35,991 nt of DNA from Nitrospirota bacterium (GTDB taxonomy: Bacteria > Nitrospirota > Thermodesulfovibrionia > Thermodesulfovibrionales > JdFR-85): positions 1 through 35,991 of the forward strand of contig JAADGU010000011.1 of assembly GCA_013152195.1 (NCBI GenBank), read 5' to 3'. This document shows, one piece after another, positions 17,532-26,864 of the stretch. A program made the position numbers and the translations under genes. The stretch's first letter is position 1; each line of letters opens with the position of its first letter. The notes below the pieces were generated by a model, which saw nothing but the letters and a program-made list of their open reading frames with translations, was not told where the DNA came from and searched no databases.

Positions 17532-18941
17532 TTAGTCTTTTGACGTTATTGCTATTCCCTTTTTCTTCATCTTTTCAACAAGTGTTGTCCTGTTGAGTCC
17601 AAGGAGTGTGGCGGCCTTGCTCTTTACCCCGTTAGACTTTTCCAGGGCCTCAGTTATAAGTTTTCTTTCGATGGTATCAATGATGTTGTTGAGGTTTATG
17701 CCTTCAGGTGGAAGGGATAAATCCTCTGTGCCGGAAACAGCGGTTTGTGAATTCCGGCTGGCAGGAGCAAGGTTTTGAAACCTTTCAGGCAGGTCTTTAA
17801 TGGTAATGCTTTGTCCGGGGTTCAGTATCGTAAGACGTTCAATCAGGTTCTCAAGTTCACGGACATTTCCAGGCCATTTGTATTTGAGGAGGACCTCCAG
17901 TATGTGTTTTGGTATCTTGGGGGTTTGCCTCTTCTTTGCCTTTGCATGTTTTTTAAGGAAGTGTTCAATTAACACGGGTATATCTTCTTTCCTCTCCCTC
18001 AACGGGGGAATGTGAACGGGTATTACGTTTAATCTGTAATAGAGGTCTTCCCTGAACCTGCCCTCACTTGTGCGTTCTTCAAGGTTTCTGTTCGTGGCGG
18101 CTAATATCCTTACGTCCACCTTTATTGTTTTAGTGCTTCCGATCCTTTCAAATTCCCGCTCCTGAAGCACACGTAACAATTTGACCTGCAACGAGGGATC
18201 AAGTTCACCAATCTCGTCAAGAAAGAGTGTGCCGGCGCTTGCAAGTTCAAACCTTCCAATGCGAGTATTTATAGCCCCTGTGAATGCCCCTTTTTCATGT
18301 CCGAAGAGTTCCGATTCCAGAAGGTCTTTTGGTATGGCTGCACAATTCAGAGGCACAAAATTCTTGCCTGAGCGGTAACTGTTATAATGGATTACCTTAG
18401 CAATAAGCTCTTTTCCCGTGCCGCTCTCACCTGTAATGAGGACAGTACTGTCCGTATCAGCTATCTTCTCTATCAGGTCATAAACCCTCTGCATCTCAGG
18501 GGATGAGCCTATGAGGCCGTGAAATTCGTAACGCTTCCTGAGTTCTCTTTTGAGCCGGATATTTTCTTTTTTGAGTTTTGCTACCTCAAGAGCTTTTTTG
18601 ATGATTATTCCCAGCTCATCGAGTCTGAAGGGTTTTGTGACGTAATCGAATGCCCCGGCCCTCATGGCTTCAACGGCATTTTTAACAGTTCCATAGGCAG
18701 TAATGATGATGCAGGGAGTATCGGAGTTCTGGGTCTCTTTCATTGCCTTAAGTACATCCATTCCCCCCATTACAGGCATGGCGAGGTCAAGGAATATAAT
18801 ATCAAAGCTCTCTTTCCTCAACCTCTCAAGTCCGGTCTGGCCGTTTTCTTCGAGGGTGACCCGGTACTTTTCCGAAATTAAAAATTCGTTAAGGACATCT
18901 CTTACTGTAATATCGTCGTCTATGACAAGAACACTCTGCAT
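17532..18941 (-). CDS. Sigma54-dependent response regulator, FleQ/FlrA-like candidate master flagellar activator
   Basis: REC domain (VIDDD, FLDLAMP), [14 protein letters not shown], and the [21 protein letters not shown] typical of the FleQ/FlrA clade; heads the flagellar cluster. Confidence 0.9.
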   Translation of the reverse strand: MQSVLVIDDDITVRDVLNEFLISEKYRVTLEENGQTGLERLRKESFDIIFLDLAMPVMGGMDVLKAMKETQNSDTPCIIITAYGTVKNAVEAMRAGAFDYVTKPFRLDELGIIIKKALEVAKLKKENIRLKRELRKRYEFHGLIGSSPEMQRVYDLIEKIADTDSTVLITGESGTGKELIAKVIHYNSYRSGKNFVPLNCAAIPKDLLESELFGHEKGAFTGAINTRIGRFELASAGTLFLDEIGELDPSLQVKLLRVLQEREFERIGSTKTIKVDVRILAATNRNLEERTSEGRFREDLYYRLNVIPVHIPPLRERKEDIPVLIEHFLKKHAKAKKRQTPKIPKHILEVLLKYKWPGNVRELENLIERLTILNPGQSITIKDLPERFQNLAPASRNSQTAVSGTEDLSLPPEGINLNNIIDTIERKLITEALEKSNGVKSKAATLLGLNRTTLVEKMKKKGIAITSKD

Positions 18942-18975
18942 GGTACAGTTAATTTACAGTATATGGGTGTCAGGT

Positions 18976-18989
18976 GTCAACAGATTGAC
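18976..18989. promoter_or_regulatory. Palindromic FleQ-box-like site upstream of the FleQ-like gene
   Basis: GTCAA-CAGA-TTGAC is a perfect dyad 35 bp upstream of the start codon; resembles Pseudomonas FleQ boxes (GTC-N8-GAC type). Confidence 0.55.
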
Positions 18990-19182
18990 TCCTTTTGGAT
19001 GGGAATTCGAACTCTTGTCATAAGGGCTGTAATCTGGTATGCTTTATTTATAGTCTGTGAAGAAAGTCGATAACCTGGTCCGGAGTTCAGAGTGACAGAA
19101 TACATTACTCCTGACGCCTGCTTCTTATGAGTTTGATCTGGAAATAAATCAAGGGGGCGTAAGCCTCAAAGGAGGAGACCAT

Positions 19183-19413
19183 ATGGCGAGGGTATACATG
19201 CTTGCAAATGTCCTTCCCGGCAAGGACAGGGACATACGGGATACCCTAAGGGGTATCAACGGAGTGGTGAATGCAGATGTAATTACAGGACAGTTTGATA
19301 TTGTTGCAGTGCTTGAGGCCAATGATATTAATGAGATATTTACAAGGATACTGAAGAAGGTCAGAAAGGTCAGGGGCATAACAAGGACAGAAACATTTAT
19401 AGCGGTCGAGTAA
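19183..19413 (+). CDS. Stand-alone Lrp/AsnC ligand-binding (RAM) domain protein
   Basis: VYMLANV.PG...I.GV..ADVITGQFDIVA...VRGITRTET; GGAGG ribosome-binding site. Confidence 0.9.
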   Translation: MARVYMLANVLPGKDRDIRDTLRGINGVVNADVITGQFDIVAVLEANDINEIFTRILKKVRKVRGITRTETFIAVE

Positions 19414-19427
19414 AAGGGCCCCGGTTT

Positions 19428-19880
19428 TTGCCGGAGGGGACTCAGGGTTTGGATATCGAAGACAGGAGGGCAGGACAGATACTTGAGGTCTTAAAGGACC
19501 TCTATGAGGTGAACAGGTTTGTTCCTGTCATTGTCGAGGGCAAAAGGGACCGCAGAGCCCTGAGGAGCCTCGGCATAACCGGTGAGATCATCCTTTTTCA
19601 TTGTGGCAGGACGGTTTATGAATTTTGCGAAGATATCCTGAAGCTCCACGAGAGGTTTATCCTGCTCCTTGACTGGGATGAAAGAGGAGAGGCTCTCCAG
19701 AATAGCCTTTCTTCTCATCTGAAAGGACATTATGAGGAGTTTTCTCTCTTTGGGAACAGACTTAAATCGCTGTGTCAGTCGGATATCAAGGAGATAGAGG
19801 ACCTGCCTGCCCTGTTGAGGAGGCTGATAGGGAAGACGGGATATAGGGGGATTTTTGAAACTATACAAACCGGTAAATAA
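19428..19880 (+). CDS. Small Toprim-domain protein (RNase M5/primase-like)
   Basis: VIVEGKRD and LLDWDERG (DxD) Toprim motifs; start codon uncertain. Confidence 0.85.
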   Translation: MPEGTQGLDIEDRRAGQILEVLKDLYEVNRFVPVIVEGKRDRRALRSLGITGEIILFHCGRTVYEFCEDILKLHERFILLLDWDERGEALQNSLSSHLKGHYEEFSLFGNRLKSLCQSDIKEIEDLPALLRRLIGKTGYRGIFETIQTGK

Positions 19881-19974
19881 GAAACAGGGTTTCTTGCAGT
19901 TAAGTGGTTGATATAGCAGACGAACAAGTTTCTCTGAATAGTAACCGGGATAATAGAAGGAAAAAAGAAAAGGA

Positions 19975-20136
19975 ACACACCCCTTAATCCCCTCTTGATT
20001 GAGGGGAAAATCCTTGACAGTTCCGGCCTTACCAGGAGGAACGGAACGAGGGTAGGGGCGGAGAGCAAGATAGAAAGAACAGTCTTGAGAAAGCAAGAAG
20101 TGTGTAACTCCCCTCTGAAAAGAGGGGTGTGTGTGT
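19975..20136. repeat. Pair of inverted REP-like palindromic elements between convergent genes
   Basis: ACACACCCCTTAATCCCCTC-TTGATT-GAGGGG at 19975-20006 and CCCCTCT-GAAA-AGAGGGGTGTGT at 20110-20132; outer 10 bp are perfect reverse complements. Confidence 0.65.
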
Positions 20137-20191
20137 AAAGGGCAGGAATATGGATTGTTGCTTCAAACCTTATTAAAAAATTAATCCGGGT

Positions 20192-20893
20192 TCAAAGATG
20201 CTTCAGCTCGTCTTCCTTTTCGGCCTCTCCCTTAAACTTCTTCTCCAGATACTCCTTGGCCACATCCTTTCCTCCAAGGCCGAAAGCAAGCGAGAGTGCA
20301 AATACAATCCCTCCAAAAATTACCGTGAAGGCAACTATTACTGTGTCACGGCCAATGCCGAGCTGTTCCAGGGACATTGTGAAGGCAAGCAGGAAGACGA
20401 TGGTTTTGACAGTCTTGCTTAATAATCCCGAGAATTTTATTCCTGAATTTACAGAAGCTATCAGTGTTGCCCTTCCTGCAAAGTTGCTGAGTATATAACC
20501 GACTATAATAAGCAGCGCTGAAACAAAGACATTGGGGAGGTAGAGGAAGAACTTTTCGAGAATATCTTCAATTGCCGGGATTTTCAGGGTGTAAAGTGAC
20601 ATTATAAAGAAAAGGATTACCACAAACCAGTAGGATATCTGGCTCAGGAGTTTTGTCGGTGGTATCTTTATGCCACCCCGTTCAAGTCCCTGGGTTATCC
20701 CCATTCTTTTGCAGAATCGGTCTGTATTTAATATCTCGAGTGTTTTCTGGATTATATTCTTGATAATCCATCCGGAGAGAAATCCCAGAATGAATATAAC
20801 CAGAGAACTGAGAAGGTTTGGCAAGAATTCGATAAGTTTCTGGAAACAGTCCGTCATAGGTGCTGTTACGATTTTATCGAATAAGTTTTCCAT
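20192..20893 (-). CDS. TM-helix repeat membrane protein (CmpX / small mechanosensitive channel-related)
   Basis: Duplicated FLPNLL / YLPNVF TM-helix repeats and C-terminal ALSLAFGLGGKDVA. Confidence 0.85.
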   Translation of the reverse strand: MENLFDKIVTAPMTDCFQKLIEFLPNLLSSLVIFILGFLSGWIIKNIIQKTLEILNTDRFCKRMGITQGLERGGIKIPPTKLLSQISYWFVVILFFIMSLYTLKIPAIEDILEKFFLYLPNVFVSALLIIVGYILSNFAGRATLIASVNSGIKFSGLLSKTVKTIVFLLAFTMSLEQLGIGRDTVIVAFTVIFGGIVFALSLAFGLGGKDVAKEYLEKKFKGEAEKEDELKHL

Positions 20894-20960
20894 AAAAACC
20901 CCTCCTTGAATTAGTCATTCGTTAATGGTCATTTTCTGTTGACCGTTGCCTGAATAAAAC

Positions 20961-22235
20961 TCACTCTTCTTCCTCAAACCATCTCTCAATCAGGTAGGGC
21001 TTTCCCTTTTCAAAGGCGATACAGAGTTCTTCAAGCCTCTGCTCTACCTCTGCAGCTGAGCTTTCCCACGTCTCTATCACAAAAGAGGCAACCTTGCCAA
21101 GATATAAAGGTGTAAGTGACTTTATTATATGCTCCCGGCTCATTAATTTTCTGTGGCACGCTAAGGCAAAATTATATACGATTTCAACCCATACGTTGTC
21201 GGGAATAGAGAACTTTTCTTTTGGCTTGTCTCCCACAGTTGCGAGAAACCACATCAGTTCTCCGGGCAAAAACGATTCGTACATGACGGAGAGTTCTTTT
21301 ACCCCGAGTTTGAACTTCTCTATCATACCATCAAGATTGACTTTTATGGGTTCCAGCCCTACAGAGTATACAAACCCAAAAGTAGGAACAGGTTCCGACC
21401 CCTTTATATCCTTCCATATTGTGGCATATTCTTCCATAAGATTAAAGACAGAGATTACCACCTGGTGGAGCATTGCGCTGAGGTCGGATCCCGGCTCCTT
21501 GGGGTCGTGTATCTTTGCTCCCAGGAATGCCTGACATACCTTGAAGGCATTTGCAACAGCCGTTGTTGTCATCCAGATATCAATGCCAAAACGGGCTACG
21601 TCTGTCTCCCATACATCTTTTTTCAGATAAAAAGCTGCAAGCTTGCCTGAGAGCCCGAAGTCTCCTCCTATAGGCTGACGGATTCTATGTCCGTACAATG
21701 CCCTGGTCATAGGATAAACTATTGTATTAGTGATAGTCCCGTCATATTTGTGCCTGTGATAATAGGGGGCTACGTAATCATATCCCGCATTGAGAACCGG
21801 TCGGATCAGGAGCTCGATCCATTCAGGTGTTATACTTCTGAGGTCAGAATCCACCACTGCGCAGGCCTTTACATTAAGTATCTTTGCAATCTCAAAGATG
21901 GTCCTGAATGCACTTCCTTTTCCTGGAATTCCATGATAGGGCGTGATAATCTTGTGGAGGTTTCCTACCCTGTGATGAAGCAGTATGGAGTCGAAATCAA
22001 CAGTGGTCTCCCTGACAACGTCCATGGTTCCATCAGTTGAGCCCCCATCAGAGTTTACAAGTACGGACTTTGAGTCAGGAAAGTATTTTGAAAGTCCCGC
22101 CTGAACAGCCTTCACAACATGTCCGATGGTTTTGGCATTGTTGTAACTTGGTATGCCAATAACTATGTCAGCCTCGCCAAGTTCATTAATCTTTTCCCGA
22201 ACATCCTTTCTCAGGGCTATTGTGTTTTCAGGCAT
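20961..22235 (-). CDS. GT2 glycosyltransferase, glucosylglycerate/mannosylglycerate synthase-like
   Basis: IGIPSYNN..TI, DGGSTDGT, GKGSA, VDSDL, KYDGTITN, RQPIGGDFG, FGIDIWMTT. Confidence 0.75.
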   Translation of the reverse strand: MPENTIALRKDVREKINELGEADIVIGIPSYNNAKTIGHVVKAVQAGLSKYFPDSKSVLVNSDGGSTDGTMDVVRETTVDFDSILLHHRVGNLHKIITPYHGIPGKGSAFRTIFEIAKILNVKACAVVDSDLRSITPEWIELLIRPVLNAGYDYVAPYYHRHKYDGTITNTIVYPMTRALYGHRIRQPIGGDFGLSGKLAAFYLKKDVWETDVARFGIDIWMTTTAVANAFKVCQAFLGAKIHDPKEPGSDLSAMLHQVVISVFNLMEEYATIWKDIKGSEPVPTFGFVYSVGLEPIKVNLDGMIEKFKLGVKELSVMYESFLPGELMWFLATVGDKPKEKFSIPDNVWVEIVYNFALACHRKLMSREHIIKSLTPLYLGKVASFVIETWESSAAEVEQRLEELCIAFEKGKPYLIERWFEEEE

Positions 22236-22510
22236 ATTTGTAATATTTGGTCAGGATACAGGTTTGTGAAAAACGCATCAAGTCCGTTACTTGCCAAAAT
22301 TCGCTCCATGTTGAGACCTGTTCAGATTTTTGCTGATAATATCATTGCCTGATGTTTGTTGCCTGCTTCGAATTGCGAGTAACAGCTATGCCCTGTGACT
22401 TGAAAATATTGACTAAGCAATCGAAATAATGGTTAAATTATTACTGTATTATCAACATTATATCATTCAGACGTACGATGATACAACCTTTATGATTTTG
22501 GGAGGGTACG

Positions 22511-22990
22511 ATGAAGAGAATCCCCATGACAGAACAGGGTCAGGGTTTCCGCAAAATGAAAGAAGAGCTGGAGCATCTTCTCAGGGTTGAGAGGCCAAAA
22601 AATATAAAGGATATTGAAGAGGCAAGGTCTCATGGTGATTTAAGCGAGAATGCAGAATATCATGCTGCCAAAGAGAGGCAGTCCTTTATAGAAGGCCGCA
22701 TACAGGAACTGCAGTCCAAGACAGCCCTGGCACAGGTTATTGACACTTCAAGAATTAAGAGCGACAGAGTTACCTTTGGTGCAAAGGTTAAGGTTTATGA
22801 CCTTGCAACAGATGAGGAGAGGTTGTTTCAACTTGTTGGGCCTGATGAGGCAGATGTTGGCAGTGGCAGGATATCAATCACCTCGCCCGTTGGCAGGGGG
22901 CTGATGAGTAAAGAGGTTGGAGATACAGTCGTTGTCAATGCTCCGGCAAAAACCATTGAGTATGAGATTATAGAGATTAGTTTTGAGTAG
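22511..22990 (+). CDS. greA: Transcription elongation factor GreA
   Basis: ARSHGDLSENAEYHAAKE and ISITSPVGRGL; GGAGG ribosome-binding site. Confidence 0.97.
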   Translation: MKRIPMTEQGQGFRKMKEELEHLLRVERPKNIKDIEEARSHGDLSENAEYHAAKERQSFIEGRIQELQSKTALAQVIDTSRIKSDRVTFGAKVKVYDLATDEERLFQLVGPDEADVGSGRISITSPVGRGLMSKEVGDTVVVNAPAKTIEYEIIEISFE

Positions 22991-23738
22991 ATTTTTCCAG
23001 GCAGAGGTTGCAGGAAATATCCACCTGTCTCAAACCCACAGTATTCTCAGGATTACCCCTATGCAACCTCATGTCAGGCCTGTTCCAGGGCAGTTTTATC
23101 TGCTGAGGGCATCTGAAACCCTTGATCCGCTTCTCAGGAGACCCTTCAGTATCTTAATGTGGGATGATACGCATCTGGAGTTTCTTATAAGGTTGAAGGG
23201 CAGGGGGACTCATCTGTTGAGAAACATGAGGGTTGGAGACAGAATCGACGTGTTGGGCCCCCTTGGTAACGGCTATCCTGATCCCCTCAAGGATGAGACC
23301 CCGATACTTGTTGCCGGAGGGGTTGGGATAGCATCTGTCTTCCCCCTCTTGCATGCTGGAACCCGTCTCTTCTATGGCGCCATGAATTCTGCGGAGCTTT
23401 ATCTCCTCGATGATATAAAGAAACTCACAGGGAATATCTTTATATGCACTGATGATGGCAGCAAGGGGTTTAAAGGCAATGCGGTTGAGAGATTAATTGA
23501 ATCCCTGGATGACCTTGCTGTTGCAAAGCCCACTATATATGCGTGCGGCCCTGAAGGGATGATAGCGGCTCTACTGAAGTTCCTGAGTGAGAGGGGTATT
23601 CCGGGCTATATCTCCTTTGAGGAAAGGATGGCCTGTGGTATTGGTGCCTGCCTCGGGTGTGTCATAAAGACGGTTCAGGGTTATAAGAGGGTATGCAAGG
23701 AAGGGCCGGTTTTTAATGTAAGGGAGATAGTGTGCTGA
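22983..23738 (+). CDS. pyrK: Dihydroorotate dehydrogenase electron transfer subunit
   Basis: PGQF, LRRPFS, GPLGNG, AGGVG, CGP and the [2Fe-2S] motif [19 protein letters not shown]. Confidence 0.95.
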   Translation: MSRFFQAEVAGNIHLSQTHSILRITPMQPHVRPVPGQFYLLRASETLDPLLRRPFSILMWDDTHLEFLIRLKGRGTHLLRNMRVGDRIDVLGPLGNGYPDPLKDETPILVAGGVGIASVFPLLHAGTRLFYGAMNSAELYLLDDIKKLTGNIFICTDDGSKGFKGNAVERLIESLDDLAVAKPTIYACGPEGMIAALLKFLSERGIPGYISFEERMACGIGACLGCVIKTVQGYKRVCKEGPVFNVREIVC

Positions 23739-23740
23739 AC

Positions 23741-24664
23741 ATGAACCTGTCAGTCAACATAGGAAAACTTGGACTTAAAAATCCCGTTATGACCGCATCC
23801 GGGACATTTGGTTACGGGGAGGAATATGCCGAGTTTGTTGACCTTGCCAGCCTCGGTGCAATTGTGGTAAAGGGGCTTTCCCTTTTACCCAGGGAAGGCA
23901 ATCCTCCTCCACGCATTGTGGAGACACCTGCAGGAATGCTTAATGCCATAGGGCTTCAGAACATAGGTGTGGAGAGTTTTATAGAGGAAAAACTCCCGTT
24001 CCTGAGGCAGTTTAATGTGCCTGTAATAGCCAACTTCTTTGGTGACTCCGTAGATGAGTATGTTGCAGCTGCAGAGAGGTTAAGCGATGTGCAGGGTATA
24101 GACGGCCTTGAGATGAATATATCATGCCCCAACAAGCAGGCGGGCTGGCTCGTTTTCGGTACAGACCCTGAGGTCACCTCTGAGGTTGTCAGTGCAGTGA
24201 GAAAGGTAACTGGCCTTCCCCTTATCGTTAAACTCTCACCGAATGTGACGGATATTGCTCTCATGGCAAGGGTTGCAGAGGATGCAGGGGCTGATGCAGT
24301 GTCTCTGATAAATACGCTTTCAGGGATGGCTATTGATATAAAGACGAGAAGACCGAAGCTGGCAAACATTACCGGGGGGTTGTCAGGTCCTGCTATCAAG
24401 CCCATAGGGATAAGGATGGTTTGGGATGTGTTCAGGGCGGTCAATATTCCGATCATAGGTTCGGGCGGTATTATGGACGGAGATGATGCAATCGAATATA
24501 TGCTTGCCGGTGCTGCTGCCGTGGCAGTGGGAACTGCAAACTTTGTAAGTCCGACAGCGACCGTGGATGTATTGTCAGGAATAAAGGATTATATGACCAC
24601 CAATGGAATTAAAGACATTTCCAGTATTAAAGGAGGCCTGATATGGGAACGAGAAGACCTTTAA
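23741..24664 (+). CDS. pyrD: Dihydroorotate dehydrogenase family 1B catalytic subunit
   Basis: [44 protein letters not shown]; GTG 23732 is an alternative start. Confidence 0.96.
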   Translation: MNLSVNIGKLGLKNPVMTASGTFGYGEEYAEFVDLASLGAIVVKGLSLLPREGNPPPRIVETPAGMLNAIGLQNIGVESFIEEKLPFLRQFNVPVIANFFGDSVDEYVAAAERLSDVQGIDGLEMNISCPNKQAGWLVFGTDPEVTSEVVSAVRKVTGLPLIVKLSPNVTDIALMARVAEDAGADAVSLINTLSGMAIDIKTRRPKLANITGGLSGPAIKPIGIRMVWDVFRAVNIPIIGSGGIMDGDDAIEYMLAGAAAVAVGTANFVSPTATVDVLSGIKDYMTTNGIKDISSIKGGLIWEREDL

Positions 24665-25446
24665 TTACGCTAACCTCTGATTTCGGAATGAAAGACCCCT
24701 TTGTGGGACAAATGAAGGGTGTTATTCTTAATACCAATCCTGACGTTGAAATGGTGGATATCACGCATAATATATCTCCCCATAACATAAGGGAAGGGGC
24801 TGTCCTTACGGGCCTCAGCTATCAGTACTTTCCTGTCAGGACAATACATCTGGTGGTGGTGGATCCGGGAGTGGGTTCAAGGAGGAGACCGATTATTGTG
24901 GCAACACAGAACCATTATTTTGTCGGGCCTGACAATGGTCTTTTCTCGATGGTATACAAAAAGGAAAAGGGTTCCTTTAGTGTTACCCATATAACTTCTG
25001 AGCATTACTTCCTCAGGAAAGACTCTGCAACATTTCAGGGCAGAGACATTTTTGCCCCAGTTGCGGCATGGCTTTCAAAGGGTATTCCCGTCAGTCACTT
25101 TGGTGCGGATATAGACGATTTTATGAATATCCACCTACCCGAGCCCGGAATGCCTTCCAGGAATACAATTGAAGGTGAGGTTATATATATCGATCATTTT
25201 GGTAATGCAATAACAAATATATCTTCGGATCTTCTCAGGGATTCCCTCAATGGAGGTGAAAGACTGAGGATTGTATTGAAAGGCAATGTGGTTTCATTCA
25301 AGAGGTGCTACTCGGAAGTGGAAGATAAAGATCTGTACTGTCTTATTAACAGTAGTGGTCTTCTGGAGTTTTTTATTTGCAGGGGAAATGCAGCAGAGAG
25401 TTTCGGGATCAGGATAGGTGATATTGTAGGCATTATAAAGAGCTAA
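24643..25446 (+). CDS. DUF62 SAM hydrolase / SAM-dependent halogenase family protein
   Basis: [55 protein letters not shown]. Confidence 0.92.
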   Translation: MGTRRPLITLTSDFGMKDPFVGQMKGVILNTNPDVEMVDITHNISPHNIREGAVLTGLSYQYFPVRTIHLVVVDPGVGSRRRPIIVATQNHYFVGPDNGLFSMVYKKEKGSFSVTHITSEHYFLRKDSATFQGRDIFAPVAAWLSKGIPVSHFGADIDDFMNIHLPEPGMPSRNTIEGEVIYIDHFGNAITNISSDLLRDSLNGGERLRIVLKGNVVSFKRCYSEVEDKDLYCLINSSGLLEFFICRGNAAESFGIRIGDIVGIIKS

Positions 25447-26675
25447 ATTGAGGCATTTTTCACAGGTCCGAGAACCGTCAATGCGAATTTCCTGTCACTG
25501 AAGAGTCTGTCAGAGAGCTCCCTTACCTCAGAGAAGCGGACTCCGTCAATGGCCTTCATAATCTCTGAAGGAGATATATACTTTCCATAATAGATTTCCT
25601 GGCGTGCAAGGTTATTCATCCTTCCTGATGTGGATTCAAGGGCAAGAACAAGGTTTCCCTTGAGTTGTTTTTTTGCCCTCATCAGTTCATCTTCAGATAC
25701 TGTATCCTTGAAGGTGACGAGTTCATTCCTTATTATGTCTATTACCTGCTGGTATTTTTTCCTGCCTGTACCCACGTATACACCGAAAAGCCCCGAATCA
25801 TGGTAAGAGGAAGTGAAGGAATATACAGAATAAGCAAGTCCCCTCTGCTCCCGGATCTCCTGAAAGAGCCTTGAACTGACTCCGGCGCCGATAACGGTAT
25901 TCAGCAATAACATTGCATATCGCTCCGGACTTCCCTGGGCAATACCCTCTGCTCCGATACAGAGATGCACTTCTGCGCACTCTTTTGTTACCACATTTGT
26001 TCCGTGATGAAATTTCGGTTTTGAGTAAGTGTGGGGTTGGGAGCTGTTGCTGATTGTTCCGATGGAGCGGTTAAGCCCCTTTAAAACCTCTTCATGCTCA
26101 ATATTGCCAGCACATGATATGACAATGTTGTTGATGGTGTAATACTTTTTTATATGTTCAGCCAGGTCTTTTTTCGTGAAGGACCTTACTGTTTTTTTAG
26201 TGCCAAGTATACCCAGACCAATGCCTTCCCTGTTCCAGACATATTCACTGAACAGGTCGTGGATGTAATCGTCTGGGGTGTCTTCCACCATCTTTATCTC
26301 TTCAATAACAATTCCTTTTTCCTTCTCTATCTCGTCTTCAGGCAGCCGGGAGTGAAGAAAGATATCCATGAGCAGGTCAGTGCCCTTTTCAAGGTAATCG
26401 TCGAGCAGCTTTATGTAGAAAGTTGTTGTTTCCTTGGATGTGTAGGCATTGAGGTCTCCGCCAAGGGAGTCTATTTCAACGGCTATCTCTTTCTGTGAAC
26501 GTCTTTTTGTGCCTTTAAAGAGCATGTGTTCAAGGAAGTGGGATATCCCGTTTTTCTGCTTTGTCTCATACCTTGAGCCCACCTTTACCCATATGCCGAG
26601 GCATACTGAGCGAACACCCTTTATCCGTTCCAGCAGGACGGGTATTTTGTTATCGAGATATTCTTTTTTGAACAT
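25443..26675 (-). CDS. M16 family zinc peptidase
   Basis: Inverted zinc motif HFLEH, NAYT, SSRLFQEIREQRGLAYS; usual position after pnp. Confidence 0.95.
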   Translation of the reverse strand: MFKKEYLDNKIPVLLERIKGVRSVCLGIWVKVGSRYETKQKNGISHFLEHMLFKGTKRRSQKEIAVEIDSLGGDLNAYTSKETTTFYIKLLDDYLEKGTDLLMDIFLHSRLPEDEIEKEKGIVIEEIKMVEDTPDDYIHDLFSEYVWNREGIGLGILGTKKTVRSFTKKDLAEHIKKYYTINNIVISCAGNIEHEEVLKGLNRSIGTISNSSQPHTYSKPKFHHGTNVVTKECAEVHLCIGAEGIAQGSPERYAMLLLNTVIGAGVSSRLFQEIREQRGLAYSVYSFTSSYHDSGLFGVYVGTGRKKYQQVIDIIRNELVTFKDTVSEDELMRAKKQLKGNLVLALESTSGRMNNLARQEIYYGKYISPSEIMKAIDGVRFSEVRELSDRLFSDRKFALTVLGPVKNASI

Positions 26676-26815
26676 GGTCTTTGCTCCGGATGTTGTCTGT
26701 AAATAATCCTGTTTACCTTTCCCCGGCGTCTGCCTGTGTGTTGCCTGCAGACAGGGAAATAGAGCAGGGGAGCTGGAATTGAAGAAACAGGTTTATAGGT
26801 TGGAGGGTAAACTTC

Positions 26816-26842
26816 AGGGACCTGTTTTTTTAACAGGCCCCT
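26816..26842 (-). terminator. Hairpin downstream of pnp (possible terminator or stability element)
   Basis: Minus strand AGGGGCCTGTT-loop-AACAGGTCCCT, about 20 nt after the pnp stop; U-tract is weak. Confidence 0.5.
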
Positions 26843-26864
26843 AAAACTTCAGAGCTTGCTCTGT

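Noticed and set aside
18997-19020. tRNA fragment (GGGAATTCGAACTC resembles a T-loop)
   Set aside because: No cloverleaf, D-arm or acceptor stem can be formed around it.
19491-20096. 201-aa minus-strand ORF
   Set aside because: It is antisense to the Toprim gene, runs through REP-like repeats and has no recognisable motif.
26820-26838. Second lux box (ACCTGT-N7-ACAGGC)
   Set aside because: It is 19 bp rather than 20, has a poly-T centre, and lies in a hairpin just after the pnp stop; better explained as a terminator-like stem.
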